In this document: piece by piece, positions 37,103 to 44,861 of the stretch
Numbering within the stretch: position 1 is the stretch's first letter
Layout of the letters: every line of letters starts with the position of its first letter
Origin: Candidatus Moraniibacteriota bacterium
GTDB lineage: Bacteria; Patescibacteriota; Minisyncoccia; Moranbacterales; GCA-2747515
Assembly (NCBI GenBank): GCA_016699795.1
Contig: CP065011.1
Location: 418,474 to 482,473, forward strand
Direction of reading: 5' to 3'
DNA: 64,000 nucleotides
The notes under the pieces: generated by a model
Database searches by the model: none
The model's input: only the letters and a program-made list of their open reading frames with translations
What the model was told of the DNA's origin: nothing
Made by a program: the position numbers and the translations under genes

Positions 37103-37690
37103 ATGGAAATAAACAGACCAAAATCTAAACAACCGATTCCCGATAACGCCAAAAAGGTTTTTGCTGGAGTGCTTTTTGATGTCTATCAATGGGAGCAAGA
37201 ACTTTTTGACGGAACAAAAACTCTTTTTGAAAAACTGAAACGCCCTGATACCGTTGTCGTTTTTCCAGTTTTAGATGACGGGAAAATTATACTTACAGAA
37301 CAAGAACAACCCGGCAAAGAACCTTTTATCGGGGCGACTGGCGGGAGAGTTGATAAGGGCGAAGATATTTTGGAAGCGGCGAAACGCGAACTTCTTGAAG
37401 AAAGTGGTTACGAAGCATCAGAGTTTGTCCTTTGGGACGCCCAACACCCGACATCAAAAATTGATTGGGTTGTTTATACTTTTATCGCCAAAGGGCTTAA
37501 AAAAGTTTCTGAAATGAATCTCGATGCTGGCGAAAAAATCACTCTAAAGTTAGTTGATCTCGATGAGTTTATTGAAATTGCATTAAATAAAAATTTTGTT
37601 GAAAAGGAAATAATTCCAAAACTTTACGAGGCGAAACTTTACCCAGAAAAGAATGAAGAACTTAAAAAGTTATTTAACCCAAAATTTTAA
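37103..37690 (+). CDS. NUDIX hydrolase
   Basis: Nudix box 'GGRVDKGEDILEAAKRELLEESGY' (GX5EX7REUXEEXGU). Confidence 0.8.
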   Translation: MEINRPKSKQPIPDNAKKVFAGVLFDVYQWEQELFDGTKTLFEKLKRPDTVVVFPVLDDGKIILTEQEQPGKEPFIGATGGRVDKGEDILEAAKRELLEESGYEASEFVLWDAQHPTSKIDWVVYTFIAKGLKKVSEMNLDAGEKITLKLVDLDEFIEIALNKNFVEKEIIPKLYEAKLYPEKNEELKKLFNPKF

Positions 37691-37693
37691 TTT

Positions 37694-38086
37694 ATGAAAA
37701 CAATTTTAGTTGATGCCGTAGATGCGTTTGTTGTAGAAACCGAAAATGGTTTCGAGATTTTTGAGCCAGTGCAAAAAATGCTCAACGAGTTTCCAAACAC
37801 CAAAATAATTCTTACTGGTGCGAATGATGAACAGTTTAAGAAATTTGGTCTGGATAAAATGCCATATGAAGTTTTTACACTAAAACACGACCCTGAAAAA
37901 ACCAACTCCGAGTATTACAAAAAAATGCTTGAGCATTTTAACTTTAAGCCGGAAGATGTTGTTTATTTTGAGCACAACCCTGAAGCAGTAAAAAGTGCTC
38001 AATCAGTCGGTATCAAAACTCATTTTTGGGACAACGAGAAAAGACCATTGAGAGAGTTGAGTATTTTCTTGGAAAACAGCATTTAA
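37694..38086 (+). CDS. Small HAD-like hydrolase (putative phosphatase/nucleotidase)
   Basis: 'MKTILVDAVDAFV' is motif-I-like; 'KIILTGAND' and 'VVYFEHNPEAV' are also HAD-like. The assignment is tentative. Confidence 0.45.
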   Translation: MKTILVDAVDAFVVETENGFEIFEPVQKMLNEFPNTKIILTGANDEQFKKFGLDKMPYEVFTLKHDPEKTNSEYYKKMLEHFNFKPEDVVYFEHNPEAVKSAQSVGIKTHFWDNEKRPLRELSIFLENSI

Positions 38087-38089
38087 TAT

Positions 38090-39019
38090 ATGAAACCAAT
38101 CCTCGTAACTTGTTATGTAAATCCCGACCTCGACGGCGTTGCTGGCGCAATCGCCTACGGCGAATTTTTACAGAAAACTGGCAAAAATACTGTCGTAGGG
38201 ATTATTGGCGAACCACACGACGAAGCGAAGTATATTTTAGATTGCTTTGGCTTTGAATATCCGCCAATGATAGAAAACGCGGATAATTTCGATGAAGTGA
38301 TACTCGTGGATGCAAGCGACCTCAATGGACTTGAGGGAAAAATATCTGCCGAAAAAGTCATCGAAATTATCGACCACAGAAAAGTCCATGAGGCGGATAA
38401 ATTTCCCAATGCCAAAGCGCAAATTGAGCTTGTTGGTGCGGCCGCTACTCTTGTCGCAGAAAAATTTATGCAAAACAAAGTTGATATATCGAAAGAATCA
38501 GCAACACTTGTTTACGGAGCAATAATTTCCAATACCCTCAATTTCAAGGGAAGCGTTACCACTGACCGCGACAAAGTAGCAGCCGAATGGCTCAATAAGG
38601 TTGCGAAATTGCCCGAAGATTTTTGGAAAGATTTGTTTATCGTAAAATCAGATTTATCAGGCAATAAACTTACAGAAAGAATAGAGGGCGATTTCGCATG
38701 GTTTGTTATGGGCGACAAAAAAGTTGGTATCGCCCAAGTTGAAATGATTGGTGCTAAAAAACTTGTAGACAAAAGAAGTAGCGAGATTGTTCAAGTGTTA
38801 GATAAAATCAAAAAAGAGATGGGCCTAGATTTTATCTTCCAAAATACAATCGAGCTTGAAGATACAAAAAACTTTTTTGTCGCTCAAGATTCCGAAACAC
38901 AAAAACTTTTGGAAAAAGTTTTGAAAGTTCAATTTGCTGGCGTAGTCGCGGAGCGACCAAATCTGATTATGCGCAAGCAAATTGTTCCTTTGTTGAAGGA
39001 TGAGTTAGAATTGAAATAG
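38090..39019 (+). CDS. DHH-family phosphoesterase (NrnA/PpaC-like)
   Basis: 'ILVTCYVNPDLDGVAGAIAYGEFL', 'VILVDASD', 'IIDHRKV' are DHH motifs I-III. Its stop TAG lies inside the right inverted repeat. Confidence 0.7.
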   Translation: MKPILVTCYVNPDLDGVAGAIAYGEFLQKTGKNTVVGIIGEPHDEAKYILDCFGFEYPPMIENADNFDEVILVDASDLNGLEGKISAEKVIEIIDHRKVHEADKFPNAKAQIELVGAAATLVAEKFMQNKVDISKESATLVYGAIISNTLNFKGSVTTDRDKVAAEWLNKVAKLPEDFWKDLFIVKSDLSGNKLTERIEGDFAWFVMGDKKVGIAQVEMIGAKKLVDKRSSEIVQVLDKIKKEMGLDFIFQNTIELEDTKNFFVAQDSETQKLLEKVLKVQFAGVVAERPNLIMRKQIVPLLKDELELK

Positions 39020-39375
39020 CCGCCGAATTTCCAAAAACCCCCAGTCCGAAACCCGCCCGCATTCCTCCCCAGACCCCTCCTGCGGGCGGGAAATTCAGTC
39101 GAGGTTTTGCCAAATCCTTTCCCCCAGAAAATAGTTTTGGCAAAACCGAGTCCGCATTTCGTCCCGCCACACTGCCCGAATACTTGGAGGGCAGAACCCC
39201 GAAAGAAAAACACCCTTTCCTTTTTCAAAAGAAAATTCACCCCCGCCAAATCAGAAATGCAAGGAGTGTTTTTTCTTTCGGGGTTGCCGAGGCTCTGCGA
39301 GGCGGTGGCGGGGCGATTCATTCCTCATCGGGATTGGTTTCAAAAAAGGTTCGAATTTTGTACAATGAATACCGC
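39017..39375. repeat. Right copy of perfect ~359-bp inverted repeat
   Basis: Reverse-complement identical to 35587-35945 over the whole length compared. Confidence 0.85.
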
Positions 39376-39399
39376 TATAGAGTTTTTTCCAATATGGGA

Positions 39400-39690
39400 T
39401 TAATTTCCCGTATTGGAGAAAATATTGTGAAAAATCAAAGGGATTCGAACGGGTAGGAGCGAGTCCTCGAGTATCGATGGATGCGAATAAATGAGCATTC
39501 AGCGCTACCCAGGACAACGAACTCCCATTTTGGGAGTGAGGCGAAAATCCCACTCTGGGCAGTGAACGAAGTGAATGAGGAAGAGAAAGAAAGCAAAGAG
39601 TTTTGCTTTCTTTGGAATGAGAAGGGACTTGCGAAGCGACAAAAGTCACCGAAAGTCCCCGGCCCGAAGGGGAATCTCTCTCTTACTTAA
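39400..39690. other. GC-rich structured non-coding arm of the tRNA-Ser element
   Basis: No credible ORF. Contains 'GGGATTCGAACGGG', reminiscent of the tmRNA tRNA-like domain, and a 'GAAAGTCCCCGGCCCGAAGGGG' hairpin. Related sequence recurs in the mini-element after tRNA-Pro(CGG). Confidence 0.35.
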
Positions 39691-39727
39691 AAAAAACTCT
39701 CATGCCCTAATTCATGAGAGTTTTTTA
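39689..39727. terminator. Bidirectional terminator (ctctcatg...catgagag with A8/T7 flanks)
   Basis: 8-bp stem with an A-run before and a T-run after. It lies downstream of the minus-strand gene 39755-41947 and at the right edge of the tRNA-Ser element. Confidence 0.6.
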
Positions 39728-39754
39728 TTTCCTATACTTTCGAAGTAGAATTAT

Positions 39755-41947
39755 CTACATCGATTCGCATGACATATATTTTTCTATAGAACCATCTGCA
39801 GCAAGAAGTGTTCCTATCATAAATCTTCGATATCCATTTGCACATTCTGCCACACCATTGTAATCGGGGCACGAAATTGGGAACTGTAAAGTCTCTCCTC
39901 TTGGCCCCGTGCATGAACGAATAGATCCGTTCGAATTTTGAACCACAACAGCATACCCATAAAGTCCGCCCTTACGAGGACTCGTAAAAGATCCTGATAT
40001 TGACTCGCATGAATAATATCTAGACGTAAAACTTTCTGTTATTGAACCTGTTCCAATGCGACGAAAACCACTCTCACAAATAGGTATATTATCCCCTCCA
40101 CAAGTCATTGGAGAAGATGCTCCGCAACCAACAGCATTGCCTTGTTGCATAGTAACTATACCAACGCCATATAATTTTCCTTTTTCTTTTATCGCTGGAT
40201 ATGAGTTTGTATTTGCTTTGCACGTATACACCGTGTACGCTCCCCCGGCATCGGGCACACTTCCGATTTTTGACAAATAGAAACCTCTTTCACAGACTGG
40301 CTGCTCCAAATTATTGCATGAAATGGGATCGATCGTTTCTCCATCCCAAATATCACCTGCAGGCTTAGGTCCTTTACAATAGTCATTTCTTACCATTACA
40401 GCACCGAAAAGTGATTCGGAATCATAGGGTCCTCTGTAAGAAGGTTGATCTTTTAAGATTTGAGCTATCTGAGCATTTGAAGAAGATTTATCTGAACCTT
40501 TATCTACCAACTTCACATACGTTCTTTTTCCATACGGATAGGAATTATTACCACTCTTCCATGTCCACGTTAGTAAATCTTTTTGTCTAATATCTTCATC
40601 AAGATATAATTGTCGCACTGCATAAAATTCACTTTGGTTATACGTGACTTGAAAAGAGTTCATTGAGAGACTGCCCTTATCTTGATAGATATCATTTCTC
40701 ATATCAACGACAGTTGAAAGTGCCCACACATCTTTTCCGTATTGAGCTGCAAGTTTTCTCACAACTTTATTAACAAGGCGGTGTTGTTCATGACCATATT
40801 CACCCCAATTATTATGCGTCACAATGCGCTTTGTGGTACTCGCACTCATAATTGGTTTTAATTTAGCTTCAAGAACACTAGCGGAAACAAGTGATTGTCG
40901 AGAGATTGGATTTGTTTTGTATTGAGCTATGTACGTTGAAACATCCGTTCTTCCATAAATCGTTTCCCATTTCTGGCTATAGTTATAAGGGGTTTTATTT
41001 ACAATATTTTCAAAAGGAGGTGTTGCTGGATATGCAGAAAGTACAAATTTTTGAGCTACCTTAAAAAATGGAAACATCCAGAGTAAATCATCATCTTGAT
41101 GGGCAAAAATAAGCACAGTGCCTCCATCTGAAAATTCTGCTGGCAAAGTAGGATCTCCTCCTCTCGAACCCTTAAACGTAGCTGTTACATTACGAGATTG
41201 TGTGAGAGATACAGAACACGTTTTACTTGTTCCTCTACAATCCCCTGTCCATCCTTCAAAAGTATTTCCACTTTGAGGTGAAGCTGTGAGTGTAACCTTT
41301 GTATTTTGAGGTAATGTTTTTGAACATGTTGTACCACAATTAATTCCAGAAGGATTTGATACTATTGTTCCTGCTCCAGTACCAGCTTTTGCTACAGTAA
41401 GAGTTTGTTGTCCTTGTTGTGTAGAACAGTTAATTTTCTTTGGTGAACCACTAATGACATTGTTTGGTCCTCCAGAAATATCAATAGCATGAATGTATAT
41501 ATTCTTTTCACCTTGATTACGGAATGAGGAAGGAAGTTTACAGTCAAAGCCATGAGTTCCACTAATACCATAACCTTTGTTTATATCAGGTCTGGAAACT
41601 TTTGTTTGACATCCTGCTATAAATTTTCCTCCTTTACCATAAGGAGCTCCTTCATAAAAATGAACCCAGATAGATGTTCTGGAGTTATCAGGATCATAGG
41701 CCCAACCTTTTACACTACAAGTATTGGAGTCAGGACCATCAAAAGCTCCTATAGCAGGTTTAGCACTTGCAGCATCTGAAAATGGTAAATCAAAAGAAAT
41801 TCCTGAGAAGATATCCCTTGTTGTTGCTTTTTGAATAAGAAGAATACTTCCAAGAAAAAAGCTTATGACAAGAAGAAGAGAAATGATTTGTATTTTAGAA
41901 TCTTTTTTTTGTTTTTTTTTGTTTTTTTTTGTTTTTTTTGAAAACAT
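39755..41947 (-). CDS. Secreted/membrane-anchored multi-domain protein: InlB B-repeat-like domain + LmbE/PIG-L-like deacetylase domain + Cys-rich C-terminal region
   Basis: N-terminal Lys-rich segment plus TM. 'LTVAKAGTGAGTIVSNPSGINCGTTCSKTL...GNTFEGWTGDCRG...CSVSLTQSRNVTATF' is a divergent InlB B-repeat. 'VLIFAHQDDDLLW' matches AHPDDE and 'HNNWGEYGHEQH' matches HxDH of LmbE/PIG-L. Confidence 0.65.
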   Translation of the reverse strand: MFSKKTKKNKKKQKKDSKIQIISLLLVISFFLGSILLIQKATTRDIFSGISFDLPFSDAASAKPAIGAFDGPDSNTCSVKGWAYDPDNSRTSIWVHFYEGAPYGKGGKFIAGCQTKVSRPDINKGYGISGTHGFDCKLPSSFRNQGEKNIYIHAIDISGGPNNVISGSPKKINCSTQQGQQTLTVAKAGTGAGTIVSNPSGINCGTTCSKTLPQNTKVTLTASPQSGNTFEGWTGDCRGTSKTCSVSLTQSRNVTATFKGSRGGDPTLPAEFSDGGTVLIFAHQDDDLLWMFPFFKVAQKFVLSAYPATPPFENIVNKTPYNYSQKWETIYGRTDVSTYIAQYKTNPISRQSLVSASVLEAKLKPIMSASTTKRIVTHNNWGEYGHEQHRLVNKVVRKLAAQYGKDVWALSTVVDMRNDIYQDKGSLSMNSFQVTYNQSEFYAVRQLYLDEDIRQKDLLTWTWKSGNNSYPYGKRTYVKLVDKGSDKSSSNAQIAQILKDQPSYRGPYDSESLFGAVMVRNDYCKGPKPAGDIWDGETIDPISCNNLEQPVCERGFYLSKIGSVPDAGGAYTVYTCKANTNSYPAIKEKGKLYGVGIVTMQQGNAVGCGASSPMTCGGDNIPICESGFRRIGTGSITESFTSRYYSCESISGSFTSPRKGGLYGYAVVVQNSNGSIRSCTGPRGETLQFPISCPDYNGVAECANGYRRFMIGTLLAADGSIEKYMSCESM
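41903..41939. repeat. Four homopolymeric T8-9 tracts separated by G (A8-9 on coding strand) within first 15 codons of 39755-41947
   Basis: tcttttttttgtttttttttgtttttttttgttttttttg encodes KKTKKNKKKQKK. Confidence 0.8.
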
Positions 41948-42397
41948 AGTTGTGTGTTTTAGGTTATAGTAGTAATGATACTCTTTTGTGGGAGATGTTC
42001 AAGACTTTATAATTTTTCTCTATTGTAAAGTAATTTTCCAACGATGCAGTGCTTGAGAATTTCTTTGTGAACTGCATATATTAGTAGCGCTTGTTTTAAA
42101 TTTCGCACAGTACACATAGAAAGATCCGTTTGCTATATGATTTGCGGAAGCATTATCACTAACTACCGTACAATATTGATATCCACCATCTAAGCCTTGT
42201 TGACTTGCTGGTTCTTCTACGATAGTTTTTGAGAATTCTCCCCTATTTATATATAAAAATTATTCAAAAAAGCATTCTATGTAATTCTTTTTCTACTACA
42301 GAGCTTTTTTAAAATTTTTACTTTCCAAAAAATGATTTTCTTTACTTATTGTAATTAAACACTTTTTCATTGAATAATTCTTATAGACAAAATAAAA

Positions 42398-42940
42398 ATG
42401 TTGTGCTACATTTTCCTCATGGATGCGCCTAGTGATTTTTGGTTATGGATTTGGATTCTTTCTGGAGGAATAATATTTCTTCTTCTTTTTCTTACCTTAC
42501 TTTGGATTTACGTTCGAAAAATTAATGAAACGTTAAAAATTTTTTTTTCTGGCACGCAAGAAGCTAAAGACTTTGAATCCGTTATTATAGAAAATATACG
42601 TCACACACAACAACTTGAAAAAGATGTAAAAGACCTCGCATCCTTCAGTAATAATGTTTATCGATTAGCCACAAAAAGTCCTTATAAAATGGGCCTTATA
42701 AGATTTAATCCTTTTAAAGATATTGGAGGAAATCAAAGTTTTGCCCTTTCTTTTTTGGATAAAGAAAAAACAGGTATGGTTATTTCATCTCTTTATACCC
42801 GAGAAGGAACGAGGATATACGCCAAACCTGTTTACAAAGGAGAGGCTCTGGATGGTTATGAATTTTCAAAAGAAGAAAAACAAGCTGTAATCCAAGCATC
42901 AATAAAAAAAATAAAAGGATTTCAAAAAAGTGAAAAGTAA
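42398..42940 (+). CDS. DUF4446-like membrane protein (hypothetical)
   Basis: N-terminal TM. 'RFNPFKDIGGNQSFALSFLDKEKTGMVISSLYTREGTRIYAKPV' resembles DUF4446. Family assignment from memory. Confidence 0.5.
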   Translation: MLCYIFLMDAPSDFWLWIWILSGGIIFLLLFLTLLWIYVRKINETLKIFFSGTQEAKDFESVIIENIRHTQQLEKDVKDLASFSNNVYRLATKSPYKMGLIRFNPFKDIGGNQSFALSFLDKEKTGMVISSLYTREGTRIYAKPVYKGEALDGYEFSKEEKQAVIQASIKKIKGFQKSEK

Positions 42941-42988
42941 TTTTTTATTATCATAACTCTCAATTAATCATCATAGAATCATTTTTAT

Positions 42989-44767
42989 ATGACAACAACT
43001 ACATCTCCTCAAAGTGAAGAAAAAATAATAAAAATCCCCGAAACAATAACTGTCCAAAGATTTTCTGAAATTCTTCAACTTTCTGTTTCTGCAGTTATAA
43101 TGGAATTGATGAAAAATAAAATCTTGGCCACTATAAATGATGAGATTGATTTTGAAACAGCCAGTATTATAGCGCAAGATCTTGGATTCACTACACAAAA
43201 AGACTTAGATGTTACTGCTGGGGAAAGCGTTACCTTAGAAAAACTTCTTGAAATTTGTCGTCAAGAAAAAGAGAAGGGTTTAAGACTTACTCCTCGTCCA
43301 CCAATAGTTACTATTCTCGGACACGTTGATCATGGAAAAACTACTCTACTTGATTATATTCGCAAAGCAAGCGTTGCTCAATCTGAAGTCGGAGGGATTA
43401 CTCAAGGCATCAGTGCTTATCAAACAAAAAAACAAGGTAAATATATAACATTTGTCGACACACCTGGTCATGAGGCCTTCGCATCTATGCGACAACGTGG
43501 TGTTTCCTTGGCAGATATAGCAATCCTTGTTGTTGCTGCTGATGACGGAGTAAAACCTCAAACAAAGGAAGTTATCGCGTATTTAAAGGAAAAGAAAATA
43601 CCTACCATCGTAGCTATAACGAAAATTGATAAACCGGAAGCTAAAACTGCTCGAGTAAAACAAGAGGTTTCTGAGCATGGCATTCTCTTGGAAGGTTGGG
43701 GAGGAGATGTTATGTGTGCTGAGGTAAGTGGTAAAAGTGGAAAAGGTGTCGATCAATTATTAGAAAGTATTCTCCTTCTTTCTGAAGTAGAAGACTTTTC
43801 AGCTGATAAAAAACGAGATGGTTTAGGTATTGTTCTTGAAGGAAATCTTGATGCGAAAAAAGGTCCTGTTGCGATCGTATTAGTAAAAACAGGAACATTC
43901 CGAGTAGGTCAGGATGTTGTAGCGGGAACAGTTTCTGGACGAATTCGAAGGATAGAAAACTGGAAGGGTGAATCCATACCTTTCGCAGAACCTTCTGTTC
44001 CAGCAACTATAATAGGACTTTCTGACGTACCTCAGTCAAACACTATTTTGCAAGTTATTGATGCAAAAAAAGAAAGACGCTTACGAGATACCATAAACTT
44101 CTCAAAGAAAAAAACAATCTCAGCTCAAAAAGATGATTCAAAAAAAGTAGTTTCCGTTATCCTTAAGGCAGATACACAAGGATCTCTCGAAGCAGTTCAA
44201 CAAATCCTTTCTACATTTACCAATGATGAAGTTTCTCTTGATTATATTGATGCTGGCATTGGGAGTATAACAGAATCCGATATTCGCTCAGCAAAAGCTG
44301 GTGAGGCTTCTATTTTTGGATTTAGCGTAGAAGCAACCCCTGTTGCTAAAAGAATGGCTCAAGCTGACTCTGTTGAAATAAAAACATATCGTATTATTTA
44401 TGAATTGGTTGATGATATAAAAACTCGAATGGAAAATCTCCTTGAACCAGAAGTGATCCGCACAGATCTTGGGAAAATGGGAGTGCTTGCAATTTTCAAA
44501 ACAACAAAGAAAGATATGATTTTGGGAGGAAAAGTCATAAAAGGAAAGATTGCCAAAGGAGCTAATATTGAAGTTATGCGCGAAGATCGTCTTATTGGAA
44601 TAGGAAAACTCGTCAACTTGCAACAGAATAAAGTCGATGTAAATGAGGTAAAACAAAATTACGAATGTGGAGTTACCTTTGAAGGTGAAACTCGCATTGT
44701 CGCTGGAGACATTCTCGTCTGTTCTTTTCAAGAAATACGAAAACGAACACTCTCAGCATCTCGATAA
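42989..44767 (+). CDS. infB: Translation initiation factor IF-2 (short N-terminus)
   Basis: G-domain 'GHVDHGKTTLLD', 'DTPGHEAF', 'NKIDK', plus the C-terminal IF2 beta-barrel domains. Confidence 0.9.
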   Translation: MTTTTSPQSEEKIIKIPETITVQRFSEILQLSVSAVIMELMKNKILATINDEIDFETASIIAQDLGFTTQKDLDVTAGESVTLEKLLEICRQEKEKGLRLTPRPPIVTILGHVDHGKTTLLDYIRKASVAQSEVGGITQGISAYQTKKQGKYITFVDTPGHEAFASMRQRGVSLADIAILVVAADDGVKPQTKEVIAYLKEKKIPTIVAITKIDKPEAKTARVKQEVSEHGILLEGWGGDVMCAEVSGKSGKGVDQLLESILLLSEVEDFSADKKRDGLGIVLEGNLDAKKGPVAIVLVKTGTFRVGQDVVAGTVSGRIRRIENWKGESIPFAEPSVPATIIGLSDVPQSNTILQVIDAKKERRLRDTINFSKKKTISAQKDDSKKVVSVILKADTQGSLEAVQQILSTFTNDEVSLDYIDAGIGSITESDIRSAKAGEASIFGFSVEATPVAKRMAQADSVEIKTYRIIYELVDDIKTRMENLLEPEVIRTDLGKMGVLAIFKTTKKDMILGGKVIKGKIAKGANIEVMREDRLIGIGKLVNLQQNKVDVNEVKQNYECGVTFEGETRIVAGDILVCSFQEIRKRTLSASR

Positions 44768-44861
44768 AAATACCCTTAAAAACAAAATATTCCATCGGAT
44801 ACTTCTTCTTACAGTATCCGATTTTTTGACCTTGTGAAGAAAAACCATTACAGTAGTCTTT

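Larger units (their letters stand above)
33944..39690. mobile_element. Putative tRNA-Ser-integrated element (~5.7 kb): serine recombinase + IR-flanked cargo cassette + structured 3' arm ending in degenerate tRNA-Ser 3'-end copy
   Basis: It starts immediately after the tRNA-Ser CCA. The recombinase is convergent with the tRNA. The element is GC-richer than the backbone. 'gaatctctctcttac' at 39672-39686 resembles the tRNA 3' end 'gaatcccactctctcc'. Confidence 0.5.

Noticed and set aside
39400-39690. Possible tmRNA (GGAUUCGAACGGG) or RNase P RNA (GAAAGUCC) gene
   Set aside because: There is no tRNA-like 3' end (T-loop plus acceptor/CCA) and no recognisable tag-peptide reading frame for tmRNA. 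The RNase-P-like string sits at the extreme 3' end, where the P4 context is missing. It is kept only as an unclassified structured arm.
42040-42240. Minus-strand ORF fragment (about 70 codons, no start) with 'GGYQYCTVVSDN...FYVYCAKFK' resembling the Cys-containing C-terminal motifs of the 730-aa surface protein
   Set aside because: It is probably a decayed paralog fragment. It has no start codon and is short, so it is not annotated as a gene or pseudogene with any confidence.
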